Source: an uncultured bacterium
GTDB lineage: Bacteria > Macinerneyibacteriota > Macinerneyibacteria > Macinerneyibacteriales > DSCS01
Assembly: GCA_964548195.1 (NCBI GenBank)
Contig: CAZJQC010000004.1
Coordinates: 17,403-81,402 of the forward strand
Length of the DNA: 64,000 nt
Direction of reading: 5' to 3'
Shown: positions 37,274 to 47,655 of the stretch, piece after piece
How positions within the stretch are numbered: position 1 is the first letter of the stretch
Layout: each line of letters begins with the position of its first letter
The notes under the pieces: model-generated
Seen by the model: the letters and a program-made list of their open reading frames with translations, nothing else
Databases searched by the model: none
What the model was told of the DNA's origin: nothing
Translations under genes and position numbers: made by a program

Positions 37274-37486
37274 TCTCTATGTGACTGTCTTCAAAACACG
37301 GACGGGGTGCAGAGGCCATTATAAGCGATGGAAAATCCGACGGGCCCGTACGGCGAAGATGCCGTAACGGCCGATAGGGCCTGTATCCCCCGGTTCGTCA
37401 TCGTTCGACTATACATGAAAAAGCCTCTTTTGCAAGTCCGCGTTGAAAGTCGGACGATATGGAAGTATGATAAAAGGGGGAGTGAT

Positions 37487-39133
37487 ATGGAGATAGACCG
37501 TTGTCTTGATGTACTTTGTCTGCTTTACGGCAGCCGAGCGAAAGCCTTGCTGGCTGAAATACGCCTTCTGATAGATGAATACCGGCTCAAGGACGCATTA
37601 CCGCGGGTGGTTTTCGACCAGAGGGATGTTTTTATGATAGCCTACGGGGATTCCATAATACCCTCCGAAGGCCGGCCCATAGCCGCATTGACAGATTTTA
37701 TCTCCCGACGCCTCTCCGGGGTTTTTAATTCACTCCACATACTGCCCTTTTACCCCTATTCCTCGGATGACGGTTTTTCGGTGACAGACTATTTGAAAGT
37801 GAGGGATGACCTCGGGACATGGGCTGATGTACATGAGGCCGCCCGCCATGTGAGGGTCATGGCGGATCTGGTCCTCAACCATATATCTGCCCGCAGCGGT
37901 TGGCTTTCCGAATATCTTGCCGGCGGCAGCGGTTTTGGAGGCCTTGCGATCGAGTATCAGCAGGACTTTGATTATTCGCGCGTGATCCGGCCCAGGACCA
38001 CCCCGCTTTTTACCGAGGTACACGGCAGGCGCTTGTGGACGACTTTCGGCCCGGATCAGGTCGATCTCGACTACAGTGAACCGGCAACCCTGTTGAGGAT
38101 GCTGCGGGTGCTGGGGGCATATCTTAATCACGGAGTGGGGGCGGTCAGGCTTGACGCCGTGGGCTTCCTGTGGAAGGAAAGCGGCAGCACCTGTATGAAC
38201 CTGCCCGGCGCCCACCATGTAGTGAGCATCATAAGGGCTTTCATGGAAGACTGCGCGGGGGGAGCGGTGCTGGTCACGGAGACAAACGTGCCTCATGCGG
38301 AAAACGTGTCATATTTCGGAAAGGCGAGTCCCGAAGCGCATGTAGTCTATAATTTTGCCCTCCCACCACTCATACTCCATGCTTACTTCAGCCACGACGC
38401 CTCTCTGTTGAGAGACTGGGCGAAAAAAGAGCTGTTCGGGGAGAAAGACCGCGCGTTTCTCAATTTTACCGCGTCACATGACGGGATAGGGCTTAGGCCT
38501 CTGGAAGGGATCGTGGCCGCGCCTGAGATAGAAGGTATTATCTCGCGGGTGGTCTCTGCCGGCGGCGCGGTTTCCTACAGGGATATGGGGGGCAAAAAGG
38601 CGCCCTATGAGATCAATGCCACATTTGTGGATGCCGTGACCTCCGTATCGGGAGCTGACAGGGCTGACATGAGGCCTTTTCTCGGCTCACAGGCGCTTGC
38701 CATGTGGCTTCCCGGCATACCCGCCGTATATATCAATTCCCTTTTCGGACTGAGGAATTGGGAAAAGGGGGTCGCGGAAACACGGCGCCTAAGGACGATC
38801 AACCGGTATAAGATGACGCTTGAAGAGGCTGAATCCATGGCGGACGGGGACTATACACCCCTTGCCGGGGTGTATGATGAATACAAGCGTCTGCTTGATC
38901 TCAGAGTCTCAAACCCGGTATTTTCTCCGGACGCTAAGGCCGATTATCCGTACATGGCCGAAGGCGTCTTCGCCGTTCTCAGAAGCAAAGGCCGCGATTC
39001 CGCCCTCTGCCTGGTGAATCTGACGGCTGAAGCCGTGCCTTTGTCCGCTCTGGATACCCGCGGCCATGGCCGGGCCATATTGGGAGACGGAGTGACTCTT
39101 GAGCCGTTCGGCGCGGAGATACTTGTCCCTTAA
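37487..39133 (+). CDS. GH13_18 sugar phosphorylase, probably glucosylglycerate phosphorylase
   Basis: HILPF, SSDDGF, WTTF..DQ.DL, RLDAV, TETN, SHDG, YEIN; promoter TTGAAA-17-TATGAT at 37443-37471. Confidence 0.85.
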   Translation: MEIDRCLDVLCLLYGSRAKALLAEIRLLIDEYRLKDALPRVVFDQRDVFMIAYGDSIIPSEGRPIAALTDFISRRLSGVFNSLHILPFYPYSSDDGFSVTDYLKVRDDLGTWADVHEAARHVRVMADLVLNHISARSGWLSEYLAGGSGFGGLAIEYQQDFDYSRVIRPRTTPLFTEVHGRRLWTTFGPDQVDLDYSEPATLLRMLRVLGAYLNHGVGAVRLDAVGFLWKESGSTCMNLPGAHHVVSIIRAFMEDCAGGAVLVTETNVPHAENVSYFGKASPEAHVVYNFALPPLILHAYFSHDASLLRDWAKKELFGEKDRAFLNFTASHDGIGLRPLEGIVAAPEIEGIISRVVSAGGAVSYRDMGGKKAPYEINATFVDAVTSVSGADRADMRPFLGSQALAMWLPGIPAVYINSLFGLRNWEKGVAETRRLRTINRYKMTLEEAESMADGDYTPLAGVYDEYKRLLDLRVSNPVFSPDAKADYPYMAEGVFAVLRSKGRDSALCLVNLTAEAVPLSALDTRGHGRAILGDGVTLEPFGAEILVP

Positions 39134-39156
39134 AACCGCTATTGACAATATTTGGG

Positions 39157-39185
39157 TTGACAGTAAAAAATCGTACTTATAGAAT
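39157..39185 (+). promoter_or_regulatory. Sigma70 promoter of the folP operon
   Basis: TTGACA-17-TAGAAT. Confidence 0.7.
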
Positions 39186-39233
39186 GAAAAAGGCGTCTTT
39201 AAAAACATATGATTATTAGATGATTTTTGGGAA

Positions 39234-40439
39234 GTGATGACGATGCATGGAAACATAAGGATTATCCACCCCGGAGACGGCGACTGGCGGCGGGAACTTG
39301 TCCGCATAGGCGCGGACCCATATGCCGTGGACGTGTTTGAGGAGAAGCGGGAAAAACTGCTGATCAAGGTCTCCGACATAAGGATAGAAGCCGCGAACAT
39401 ACTGAAACAGGACGCTTTGTCCGTGGGATGCGATGTCGCCGTGCCCAGATCGGCGATCTCGGGGACACCCGAGAGATGTTCCGTGATCATAATCGCGGAC
39501 AGGCGACGGCTTAAGGCGCTGGAGGAAAAGATGAAAAACCAGCCCTTTTCGATTGCTTCTTTACCTGCCGGAATAGATGCATTGCTTGCCCCGCGGCGCG
39601 GTCTTTTCTGCGCAGGGAAGAAGTCCCTGGCGATGGACCATACGCTGATAATGGGAATACTGAATGTGACTCCGGATTCTTTTTATGACGGCGGCAAATA
39701 TGTCTCTGAGGATGCGATTGCCGCGCGCGCGAAACGGATGATCGAAGAGGGCGCCGATATTATCGATATAGGCGGGGAGACTACGAGGCCCGGCAGCGGG
39801 CGGATCGGCCTTGAGGAAGAGTTGAAACGCATAATACCCGCCCTGGAGGCGGTCAGAAAGGTATCGGCGGACATAACGATTTCCGTTGACACATATAAAA
39901 GCCGCGTGGCGGCCGCGGCGCTGGACAACGGCGCGGATATCATAAACGATGTGTCCGGCGCAATGCTTGACCCCGATATGCCGGGCGTGGTCGCCGCGAA
40001 AAAAGGCGGCTATGTGATCATGCATATGAAAGGCACGCCGGAGGACATGCAGGCTGACCCGTTCTATGAAGACGTAAGCGGGGAAGTCTATTCGTTTCTT
40101 ATGGAACGGGCGCGTACGGCCGAGGAAGCGGGCATATCGCCCGAGTCCATAATGGTGGATCCGGGTATAGGGTTCGGCAAAAGGCTTGAAGACAATCTTG
40201 AATTGATACGCAGACTGAAGGAGTTGGCCGCTGCGGGGTACCCTGTACTTGTCGGGCTCTCCATGAAATCGTTTCTCGGAACCCTTTCGGGGCGCGATAC
40301 CGCTGAAAGGCTGAACGCCACGACCGCGGCCCATGCATTGGCGATCGCAAACGGAGCTTCCGCGCTCAGAGTGCACGATGTGGCAGCAGCCCTGGACGCC
40401 GTTAAAACAGTGGAGGGTATCATCCATGGGAAGGTCTAA
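39234..40439 (+). CDS. folP: Dihydropteroate synthase with N-terminal extension
   Basis: MGILNVTPDSFYDGG, DIGGETTRPG, SVDT, DPGIGFGK, SMKSF, RVHDV. Confidence 0.95.
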   Translation: MMTMHGNIRIIHPGDGDWRRELVRIGADPYAVDVFEEKREKLLIKVSDIRIEAANILKQDALSVGCDVAVPRSAISGTPERCSVIIIADRRRLKALEEKMKNQPFSIASLPAGIDALLAPRRGLFCAGKKSLAMDHTLIMGILNVTPDSFYDGGKYVSEDAIAARAKRMIEEGADIIDIGGETTRPGSGRIGLEEELKRIIPALEAVRKVSADITISVDTYKSRVAAAALDNGADIINDVSGAMLDPDMPGVVAAKKGGYVIMHMKGTPEDMQADPFYEDVSGEVYSFLMERARTAEEAGISPESIMVDPGIGFGKRLEDNLELIRRLKELAAAGYPVLVGLSMKSFLGTLSGRDTAERLNATTAAHALAIANGASALRVHDVAAALDAVKTVEGIIHGKV

Positions 40440-40578
40440 GCGCGGAAAGTCTTTGCTGCGTATCATGCTTGTCGTTATTTTCGCAGCACTTCTGACAGCG
40501 GGGCTGTTGCGCGGAGAACTTGATTTTATAAAGAATCTTGGCAGTTACGTGTGTTTCGGATGCATAGGGCTGGGGTAG
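40426..40578 (+). CDS. Small membrane protein with C-terminal CxxCIG (CD1871A-like)
   Basis: 50 aa, TM helix, RGE...VCFGCIGLG; GGAGG SD. Confidence 0.75.
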   Translation: MGRSKRGKSLLRIMLVVIFAALLTAGLLRGELDFIKNLGSYVCFGCIGLG

Positions 40579-40584
40579 GTCGTC

Positions 40585-41424
40585 ATGAAAATCAGAGAGT
40601 TTATAAAAAAAAGGATATTCCGGCAGGCTGCCTTCTCGCTGCTCGTTAATTCATATGTTCCGGGCTTTATCAAAAGCAGCCCCTATGCGGGCCCCTCAAA
40701 ATCCGTATGTCTACCGGTCCTGAACTGTTATTCCTGCCCGGGAGCGTATACATCGTGCCCGGTGGGGACCTTTCAGCAGTCTCTCTATTCGTTCCCCGGC
40801 AAAGCGTCGCTTTTCGTGGCCGGCATGCTTGGGATATCCGGTATAGCCGCGGGACGATGGTTTTGCGGCAATCTTTGCCCGTTCGGCCTGTATCAGGACC
40901 TGTTGAAAAAGATCAGCGCGAAGAATATCGCCTTGCCGCGCATTCTGCGTAAAGTCAAATACATCGTGCTGTTTGTGACTGTCATGGCGCTGCCCCTGCT
41001 GATACACAAACCGGCATTCTGCTCATACCTTTGCCCGGCAGGCACATTGCAGGGCGGGCTTACACTTGTGTGGTCGCTCAATATCCCGCTTGGCTTGTTG
41101 TATTACTTCAAAGTGGGGTTGCTGGCGGCTTTGTCCGGATTGTCCGTGGCGGTTAAACGGCCGTTTTGCGCCACCCTCTGCCCGCTTGGAGCCGTGCTGG
41201 GCGCTTTTAACAGAATAAGCATGCTTTCCATGAAAGTGGACACGGACAGATGCATAAGATGCGGCAAATGCAGGGACGTGTGTCCCTCTGATATAAATAT
41301 ATACGAGGACCCCGGTTCTCCGGAATGTCTGAGATGCGGAGACTGCGTCGCGGTATGTCCGACGGGGTGTATAGAGATGGGTTTTTTAACAAATAAAACG
41401 GAGGTGCCCGTTGAAAAAATATAG
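40585..41424 (+). CDS. Membrane 4Fe-4S binding protein (NapH/MauN-like)
   Basis: LNCYSCP, three CxxxCP motifs, two CxxCxxCxxxCP. Confidence 0.9.
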   Translation: MKIREFIKKRIFRQAAFSLLVNSYVPGFIKSSPYAGPSKSVCLPVLNCYSCPGAYTSCPVGTFQQSLYSFPGKASLFVAGMLGISGIAAGRWFCGNLCPFGLYQDLLKKISAKNIALPRILRKVKYIVLFVTVMALPLLIHKPAFCSYLCPAGTLQGGLTLVWSLNIPLGLLYYFKVGLLAALSGLSVAVKRPFCATLCPLGAVLGAFNRISMLSMKVDTDRCIRCGKCRDVCPSDINIYEDPGSPECLRCGDCVAVCPTGCIEMGFLTNKTEVPVEKI

Positions 41425-44400
41425 TTTGAGGTTGATCTTGACAGTGGCGGCGGCCGTGATATGCACATCCGCGGCCATGGGTGTCATAGGCGGTTTTGAC
41501 TATGCCGAGAAATTATATAAGGACGCCTTTTATGATCTCGCGCTGGGCGAATACAAGAACTTCATCAATGACCATCCGCAGGACAGGCTGGTGGAAAAAG
41601 CATATTACAGGCTGATCAGCTGTTATTCCGAGGTGAATAATCACAATCAGGTGATCTTTGAAGGGAACAGGTTCATACAAAAGTATGAGGAAAGTGTCTA
41701 TGTCGGCGACGTGCTCTACTATGTGGCCGAAGCCATGTTCGAAAACGGGATGTACGATGATGCGGCGCTTATATTGGACAATATCCGAAAGCGGTATCGC
41801 GATGCCTCCAAATATCCTCAGGCCATCCTTCTCTCCGCCGATATGGCCCGAAGAAAAGGCGATGAGTCATCCTATGTGTCGCTGCTAAAGGAAGTGCTGA
41901 ACTTGAACCCCGGCAAAGAAGAGGTCAGAAAGACTTATCTGGAGCTCTCTCGCTATTATTTTGAGAAAAGGGATGCCGGCCCCGCCTGGGACTATCTGAA
42001 ACGCCTGGAGGAAAAAGACCTTGAGCCCGGCCAGTTCGACTGGATGAAGGGTGAAATAGAATTCTTGAAACATGATTATGATGCGGCTTACAAGAGCTAT
42101 GCCTCCTCCGCGAACCGCTTTCCCGGCACCGGGTTCGCATACAGGTCCCGTTACGGCACGGGGCTTATAATGATGAAAAGAAAAGAGTATGACAAAGCCC
42201 TTGAGCTATTTGCGGCGTTGCTGAAAAAAGATCCCAACGGCCCCGGCGCGGATGAAGTGCTGAAAGCCAAGGTCGATTGTCTGCTGCTTACCGGAAAAGA
42301 GGCCGAGGCCGCCTCCGAGATGGAATATTTTCTCAAGGCGTACGGAGACAGCGCCGAATACGGAGATGTCGCCGAAAAGCTTATAGCATTGAAAAAAACA
42401 GTAAACGCTTATGAGGATGCCGTGGAACTGTACGGAAAATATATAGACGTCCTGAAACGTTCATCTGCGGAGATGGGGCGCATAAAATACCTGGAGATGG
42501 TCTCTTACATGGAGGAATCCGCCCGTTATGAAGATGCCGTCAATGCGCTCATTGACCTCATAGGAGTGTCTCCGGGCGATCCCGGCACGCCTTTTCTGGT
42601 CTACAGGGTGGGCAGGATATATTATGAAGACCTTAAAGACTACGATAAGGCGGCTGTCACGCTTGAAAGGCTGGGATTTGACGAAATACTGGGGGATAAG
42701 GCGCTTTATATGGCGGGCATGTCACATGAAGCAGCCGGCCGCTTTGATGATGCCGTCAATATGTATGAAAAACTGATATCACGGTTCGGATTTTCCCCAC
42801 TCAGGGATTCAAGCACAAACAGAATAGACTATTTGAACAAGTATGTCATACGTGACTCGGAAGCCGCCATCAACAGACTGGACAGCCTGCTTGAAAAAGC
42901 CGGGGGGATGGACAAAACGGAGATAGACCGTGAACGCGGCGATATATTCTTCGCATTGAAGGATTTTTCCAGGGCCCGCGATTATTTTGGCCGGGGGGCA
43001 GACAGGGACGGACGGTACTATCTTGCCTCCGTCTATGCCATGCTGCAGGAGGGCAAAAGCAAGGATGAGATACGAGCCTTCTTTCTTGCCGGATCGGAGC
43101 GTTACCCTCAAATCGGAGGACTCTATCCGGACGTGCTGGTATATTACCGGATCTCCGGCCGCATAGACGGCGGGGATTATCTCTTCTATTTCACCAGTTA
43201 CCCGGAAGCCGCCGACGGCGCAACCGTCAGGGCGTATATCGATTATCTCATAGGAAGTCAGAACTTTGCCGAACTGAAAGATTTTAAGATTCCCGCGGCA
43301 GTGTCTCCCGACAGCCCTGCGGCGCTCTACGTGAATGCGATGCAGTCCTATTATTCGGACAATTTCGGGGAGGCCGAATACAGGCTCCGGGACCTCCGTT
43401 CATCCGGTATTGCCGATAGCGAGGCCGTCGATTATTATCTTGCGGAGATCTATTGTAAAACCGGGAGAGAAGAACAGGCAGAGGAATTATTGACCGCCAT
43501 CTCGGAGAATTTTGAGCTCAGGATCAAGGCCAGCCTGCTTCTTTCCAAAGTGAAGTTCGATGCCGGGGATTACCGGCGCTCGGTTTATTTTCTCTATAAT
43601 GTCCTTAAAAGAAAACCGGAGTTCTATGCGGATCCGATCGTCATGGGACGTTATTCGGAAGCGTTGTCCAGGATGGGCGACATGAAGGGCCTCGCTGAAC
43701 TGATAGAGAAGATGGATATATCGGCTCCGGGCATGCGCGCCGTAAAAGGCCTTGCATACATCAAATCAGGCATGGACGACAAGGGCATATCTTTGCTCAA
43801 GGGAGAGGATGCCGATGTGAAAAGCAAAGTGTATGAGGTCTATGCGAAAAACAACCGATGGGGCGATGTCATGGGCTTCTTTGACGACGGTTCACCCTAT
43901 TCGCTGAGCAGGGTCATCATAGCATCGGGCGAGAGCGGTATGATGGAAAAAGCCGAGCGCCTGTTAAGGGAAAATAGAAAAAAGACGGGAAAATACACGG
44001 AGGAAATATCTTATCATATGGCAAACGGATACATGAAGACGGATAAAGCGGCCGACGCGCGCAAATATCTTGACATGGTGCTCAAATCGCCGAACCGGGA
44101 CATATGGTTTGTCAAGGCGAAGTTCATGTATGGGAACCTGCTGCTTGCCGCCGAAGATTACGACAAGGCTTTGAGGCAGTTCGCCGATATAGAAGATGAG
44201 CCGCTGAATGATTTCAGGGACATGCTTTACCTTTCCATGGGGCATGCCGTTTATAAAAAGGGCGACACGGAAGCCGCGCTTGATTATTTCAGCCGCTCGT
44301 ATGAAGCCGCCCCCAACGCCGACGCTCTCTACAACACCGGCGTGGTGAGAAAAATAATGGAGGACGGCGATGCCGCCAGAGAAGCCTTCCGCGGAGTGAT

Positions 44401-44815
44401 CGAACGGTTTCCCGACAGCAGCCTCTACTATGACGCTTATCTGAACTATATATACACCTTCATGGATGACAGGGAATACGACAAGGCTCTCGCAGAACTC
44501 AACAAGATCATTGACAAGGTCCCGGACACACTGAGGATGGAGGTGCAGTATCATATAGGAGACTGTCTGTACGGCAAGGGTGAATACAGGGATTCCGTAA
44601 GGGAATTCATGAAGGTCAAATACATACCCGTGAACGGCGAAGAGGATTTCCAGTGGATGGTGACCGCCCTTTTCCAGGCGGGCAATGCATACGAGTCGCT
44701 GAATGAGATTGAGAAGGCTGTGGAAATATACGAGGAGATCATCAGAGTATCCGGCAAAGATACCGTTTATATGAAGACCGCCGCGGCCCGCATAGAACAG
44801 CTGAAGAATTACTGA
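41411..44815 (+). CDS. Large exported tetratricopeptide repeat protein
   Basis: Signal peptide; many BamD/CpoB-like TPRs; TTG start with GGAGG SD. Confidence 0.85.
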   Translation: MKKYSLRLILTVAAAVICTSAAMGVIGGFDYAEKLYKDAFYDLALGEYKNFINDHPQDRLVEKAYYRLISCYSEVNNHNQVIFEGNRFIQKYEESVYVGDVLYYVAEAMFENGMYDDAALILDNIRKRYRDASKYPQAILLSADMARRKGDESSYVSLLKEVLNLNPGKEEVRKTYLELSRYYFEKRDAGPAWDYLKRLEEKDLEPGQFDWMKGEIEFLKHDYDAAYKSYASSANRFPGTGFAYRSRYGTGLIMMKRKEYDKALELFAALLKKDPNGPGADEVLKAKVDCLLLTGKEAEAASEMEYFLKAYGDSAEYGDVAEKLIALKKTVNAYEDAVELYGKYIDVLKRSSAEMGRIKYLEMVSYMEESARYEDAVNALIDLIGVSPGDPGTPFLVYRVGRIYYEDLKDYDKAAVTLERLGFDEILGDKALYMAGMSHEAAGRFDDAVNMYEKLISRFGFSPLRDSSTNRIDYLNKYVIRDSEAAINRLDSLLEKAGGMDKTEIDRERGDIFFALKDFSRARDYFGRGADRDGRYYLASVYAMLQEGKSKDEIRAFFLAGSERYPQIGGLYPDVLVYYRISGRIDGGDYLFYFTSYPEAADGATVRAYIDYLIGSQNFAELKDFKIPAAVSPDSPAALYVNAMQSYYSDNFGEAEYRLRDLRSSGIADSEAVDYYLAEIYCKTGREEQAEELLTAISENFELRIKASLLLSKVKFDAGDYRRSVYFLYNVLKRKPEFYADPIVMGRYSEALSRMGDMKGLAELIEKMDISAPGMRAVKGLAYIKSGMDDKGISLLKGEDADVKSKVYEVYAKNNRWGDVMGFFDDGSPYSLSRVIIASGESGMMEKAERLLRENRKKTGKYTEEISYHMANGYMKTDKAADARKYLDMVLKSPNRDIWFVKAKFMYGNLLLAAEDYDKALRQFADIEDEPLNDFRDMLYLSMGHAVYKKGDTEAALDYFSRSYEAAPNADALYNTGVVRKIMEDGDAAREAFRGVIERFPDSSLYYDAYLNYIYTFMDDREYDKALAELNKIIDKVPDTLRMEVQYHIGDCLYGKGEYRDSVREFMKVKYIPVNGEEDFQWMVTALFQAGNAYESLNEIEKAVEIYEEIIRVSGKDTVYMKTAAARIEQLKNY

Positions 44816-44841
44816 GAGAGAGGCGAGACAGAGGCTGAAAC

Positions 44842-47643
44842 ATGTCCGGGAATATGAGATTCGGAATAAAATTTGATATGACTTCATCCGAAGTCTATGT
44901 GACCATCAGGGTCTCGGGAAGACTTCCTTTATCCGCGCTTCAGTCCGAGCTTATGGATTACATAGGCAACTCGGAGCAGCCCGTGCGTGATTTTTTCACG
45001 GACAAAGATATTATCAGGATGACGGGCGAGTTGACGGATGCAGATACACTGGTGATGGAGCATCTGCTGAAATTCGGAAAATTATACGATGATTCCTTCA
45101 TACTTCACGGCACTTACGCAAGAGATACGCTCGCCCTCTTTTTTGGGGCAGACAATCTGCATGAGATGGCGTCCGGCAGAAAGATACTCGTGGAGGATAA
45201 ATATCAGCGCCCCCGAATGGACATATCAGTCACGGAAGACTCGATAGCCATATTTCCGGAAGAGGAGTCAAATTCCGTGGTGTATGCATTCGAAGGCGAA
45301 AAGTGGTATTACAGCAATGGCGTGCTCGCCAGGCTGCAGCCTGTGTATTCACAAAAATCATGGGATACGATGCTCGCTTCGGGAAAGACATTCCGTGAAG
45401 GCGATATGTTTGACTTTATTGACAATTTTTATAATTACTGGGACCGCTATATAGATTTCAACTGGATCGGCCCCGTCAAGGGCATAAACATACTCAACAA
45501 CAAGCTCTCCATAGAATTGTTCATAGACTATTCTGACGGCCTTGTGAAAGTACGGCCCTCCTATAAATACGGCCGCCTTGAGTTCAGTTATGACCATATC
45601 GTGAAAAAAGGGCCATATATTATAAAACCAGTGGATGACGAGATCTATTACATAAAAAGAGACCCCAAAAAAGAGCGCAGACTGTTTCTTTTCTTTTTCC
45701 AATACAATTTCAAATGGGAACATGAGTTTTTCGTGCTGAAGCTGAACGACGATATTATAGAATTTCTGATAAACGGCTTCAAAAGAATACCATCGGACTG
45801 GTCCAAAAGACTTACTCCGGCTTTCAGGATGATACGCGTGTTCAATGTGCGCATACGGCCCGTGATCAGGATCACCATGAACCGCGCGGACAAGTTCGGA
45901 TTGTCCGTCGACTGTTCCGTAAAGGAAGATTTCATCATACCGCCGGCATTGTTGAAAAAACACATAGACAACGGCGAGGAGTATATCAAGATCAGCGACA
46001 CAAAAATACTTAAACTGGTGAACCTGGATGAAATAAGACGCATCATGGAGGAACTGGGTTCGGGGCTGGGCATGCAACTGGAAAGTGGCGGGAAATATTT
46101 CAGCAATGTGTTTTTTCTCCCGCATCTGATAAACCGTATGAAACGGTATGAGGATGTCGAGATCGTGGGAGAGGGCGCTTTCGGCGAGATGTACGGCGAG
46201 ATGACCGGGATCAGGGGTATACGACGGGTGCCAGTGCCGGAAAATCTCGACCATGTGTTGCGCGATTATCAGAAAGAAGGCTTTTTCTGGCTGCATTTCC
46301 TTCACAGGTATCATCTCTCCGGAGTGCTGGCGGACGACATGGGGCTCGGAAAGACCGTTCAGGCATTGGCGCTGATCAGTTCGGTCGCCAGCGATATACC
46401 TTCACTGGTGGTCTGTCCCAAATCTTTGATGCACAACTGGGGCAAGGAAATAGCAAAATTCACCCCGAAACTCAGAACCGTCATAGTAGAAGGCGGAAAG
46501 CAGGTCAGAAAGGACATACTGGATGATTACAGGTCCCATGATATAGTCATCACCTCATATTCGCTGCTTCGCAATGATATAGACATGTACGCGGGAAAGG
46601 AATTTTATTATGCCGTACTGGATGAGGCACAGCATATAAAAAATTATATGACCAAGGTGGCAAAAAGCGTGAAGAAAATAGACTCCCGCCTCCGGTTGGT
46701 GCTTACCGGAACCCCGATGGAGAACTCTCTCAGAGAATTGTGGTCAATATTCGACTTTATCATGCCGGGTTATCTTGGAAGCAGAAAATACTTTATTGAA
46801 CATTTCGACAAGGACCCCGAAGATGAGAAAAGAGGGGAATCGCTTGCTGACCTGAATTCCAGGATAAAACCCTTTGTGCTCAGGCGCACAAAGGAGGAAG
46901 TGCTTACGGAACTGCCGCCAAAGATCGAACAGACTGCGGTGGTCCCCCTTAACGACGGCCAGCGCTCCTATTACAACGGCATATTGTCAAATATAAAAAG
47001 CGAATTGTTCGGGCGAGTGGAAAAAGAAGGATATGTCAGAAGCAAGATGCATATACTCAGCGCTTTGGTCAGACTGAGACAGGTGTGCAATCATCCCGGC
47101 ATGATATATCCGGAACTGGCCGACAATGAAGACCTTTCCGCTAAAATGGATCTGCTGAAGGAGATACTGGCTGAGTGCATGGACGGCGGACACAGAATAC
47201 TATTATTCAGCCAGTTTGTTAAGATGCTCCATATTATAAGGGACTCGCTGAGAAAAGACGGCATACCGTTTGAATACCTCGACGGCAAGACGGTCAAAAG
47301 GGTGGAGATCGTCGACCGTTTCAATGAAGACACCGACATTCCCATAATACTTGTGAGTCTGAAGGCCGGAGGCACCGGTTTTAACATAACGGGCGCGGAT
47401 GTGGTCATCCATTTCGATCCATGGTGGAATCCCATGGTCGAAAGACAGGCCACAGACAGAGCTTACAGAATGGGGCAGACAAAAAGCGTGAATGTGTATA
47501 AATTCATAACCGAAGGCACTATTGAGGAAAAAATACTTATGCTTCAGGAAGAAAAAAAGGACATCTTTCAGTCTCTTGATTTTACCGACAGCGCTTTTAT
47601 GAAAAACATCACATGGGACGACCTTAAAGTGCTTTTCGAGTAA
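44842..47643 (+). CDS. SNF2/SWI2 family helicase
   Basis: LADDMGLGKT, DEAQ, LTGTP, RRTK, FSQF, SLKAGG, QATDRAYRMGQ. Confidence 0.95.
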   Translation: MSGNMRFGIKFDMTSSEVYVTIRVSGRLPLSALQSELMDYIGNSEQPVRDFFTDKDIIRMTGELTDADTLVMEHLLKFGKLYDDSFILHGTYARDTLALFFGADNLHEMASGRKILVEDKYQRPRMDISVTEDSIAIFPEEESNSVVYAFEGEKWYYSNGVLARLQPVYSQKSWDTMLASGKTFREGDMFDFIDNFYNYWDRYIDFNWIGPVKGINILNNKLSIELFIDYSDGLVKVRPSYKYGRLEFSYDHIVKKGPYIIKPVDDEIYYIKRDPKKERRLFLFFFQYNFKWEHEFFVLKLNDDIIEFLINGFKRIPSDWSKRLTPAFRMIRVFNVRIRPVIRITMNRADKFGLSVDCSVKEDFIIPPALLKKHIDNGEEYIKISDTKILKLVNLDEIRRIMEELGSGLGMQLESGGKYFSNVFFLPHLINRMKRYEDVEIVGEGAFGEMYGEMTGIRGIRRVPVPENLDHVLRDYQKEGFFWLHFLHRYHLSGVLADDMGLGKTVQALALISSVASDIPSLVVCPKSLMHNWGKEIAKFTPKLRTVIVEGGKQVRKDILDDYRSHDIVITSYSLLRNDIDMYAGKEFYYAVLDEAQHIKNYMTKVAKSVKKIDSRLRLVLTGTPMENSLRELWSIFDFIMPGYLGSRKYFIEHFDKDPEDEKRGESLADLNSRIKPFVLRRTKEEVLTELPPKIEQTAVVPLNDGQRSYYNGILSNIKSELFGRVEKEGYVRSKMHILSALVRLRQVCNHPGMIYPELADNEDLSAKMDLLKEILAECMDGGHRILLFSQFVKMLHIIRDSLRKDGIPFEYLDGKTVKRVEIVDRFNEDTDIPIILVSLKAGGTGFNITGADVVIHFDPWWNPMVERQATDRAYRMGQTKSVNVYKFITEGTIEEKILMLQEEKKDIFQSLDFTDSAFMKNITWDDLKVLFE

Positions 47644-47655
47644 CGGAGGTTTGCA

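Noticed and set aside
37274..37420. 6S RNA call for the rod-like fold
   Set aside because: Shorter than typical, asymmetric centre, and no recognisable conserved 6S sequence blocks. Kept only as an unassigned structured region.
41411..47643. TPR + SNF2 as an anti-phage system
   Set aside because: No nuclease, methylase or other defence partner; the TPR protein is exported and the context is housekeeping.
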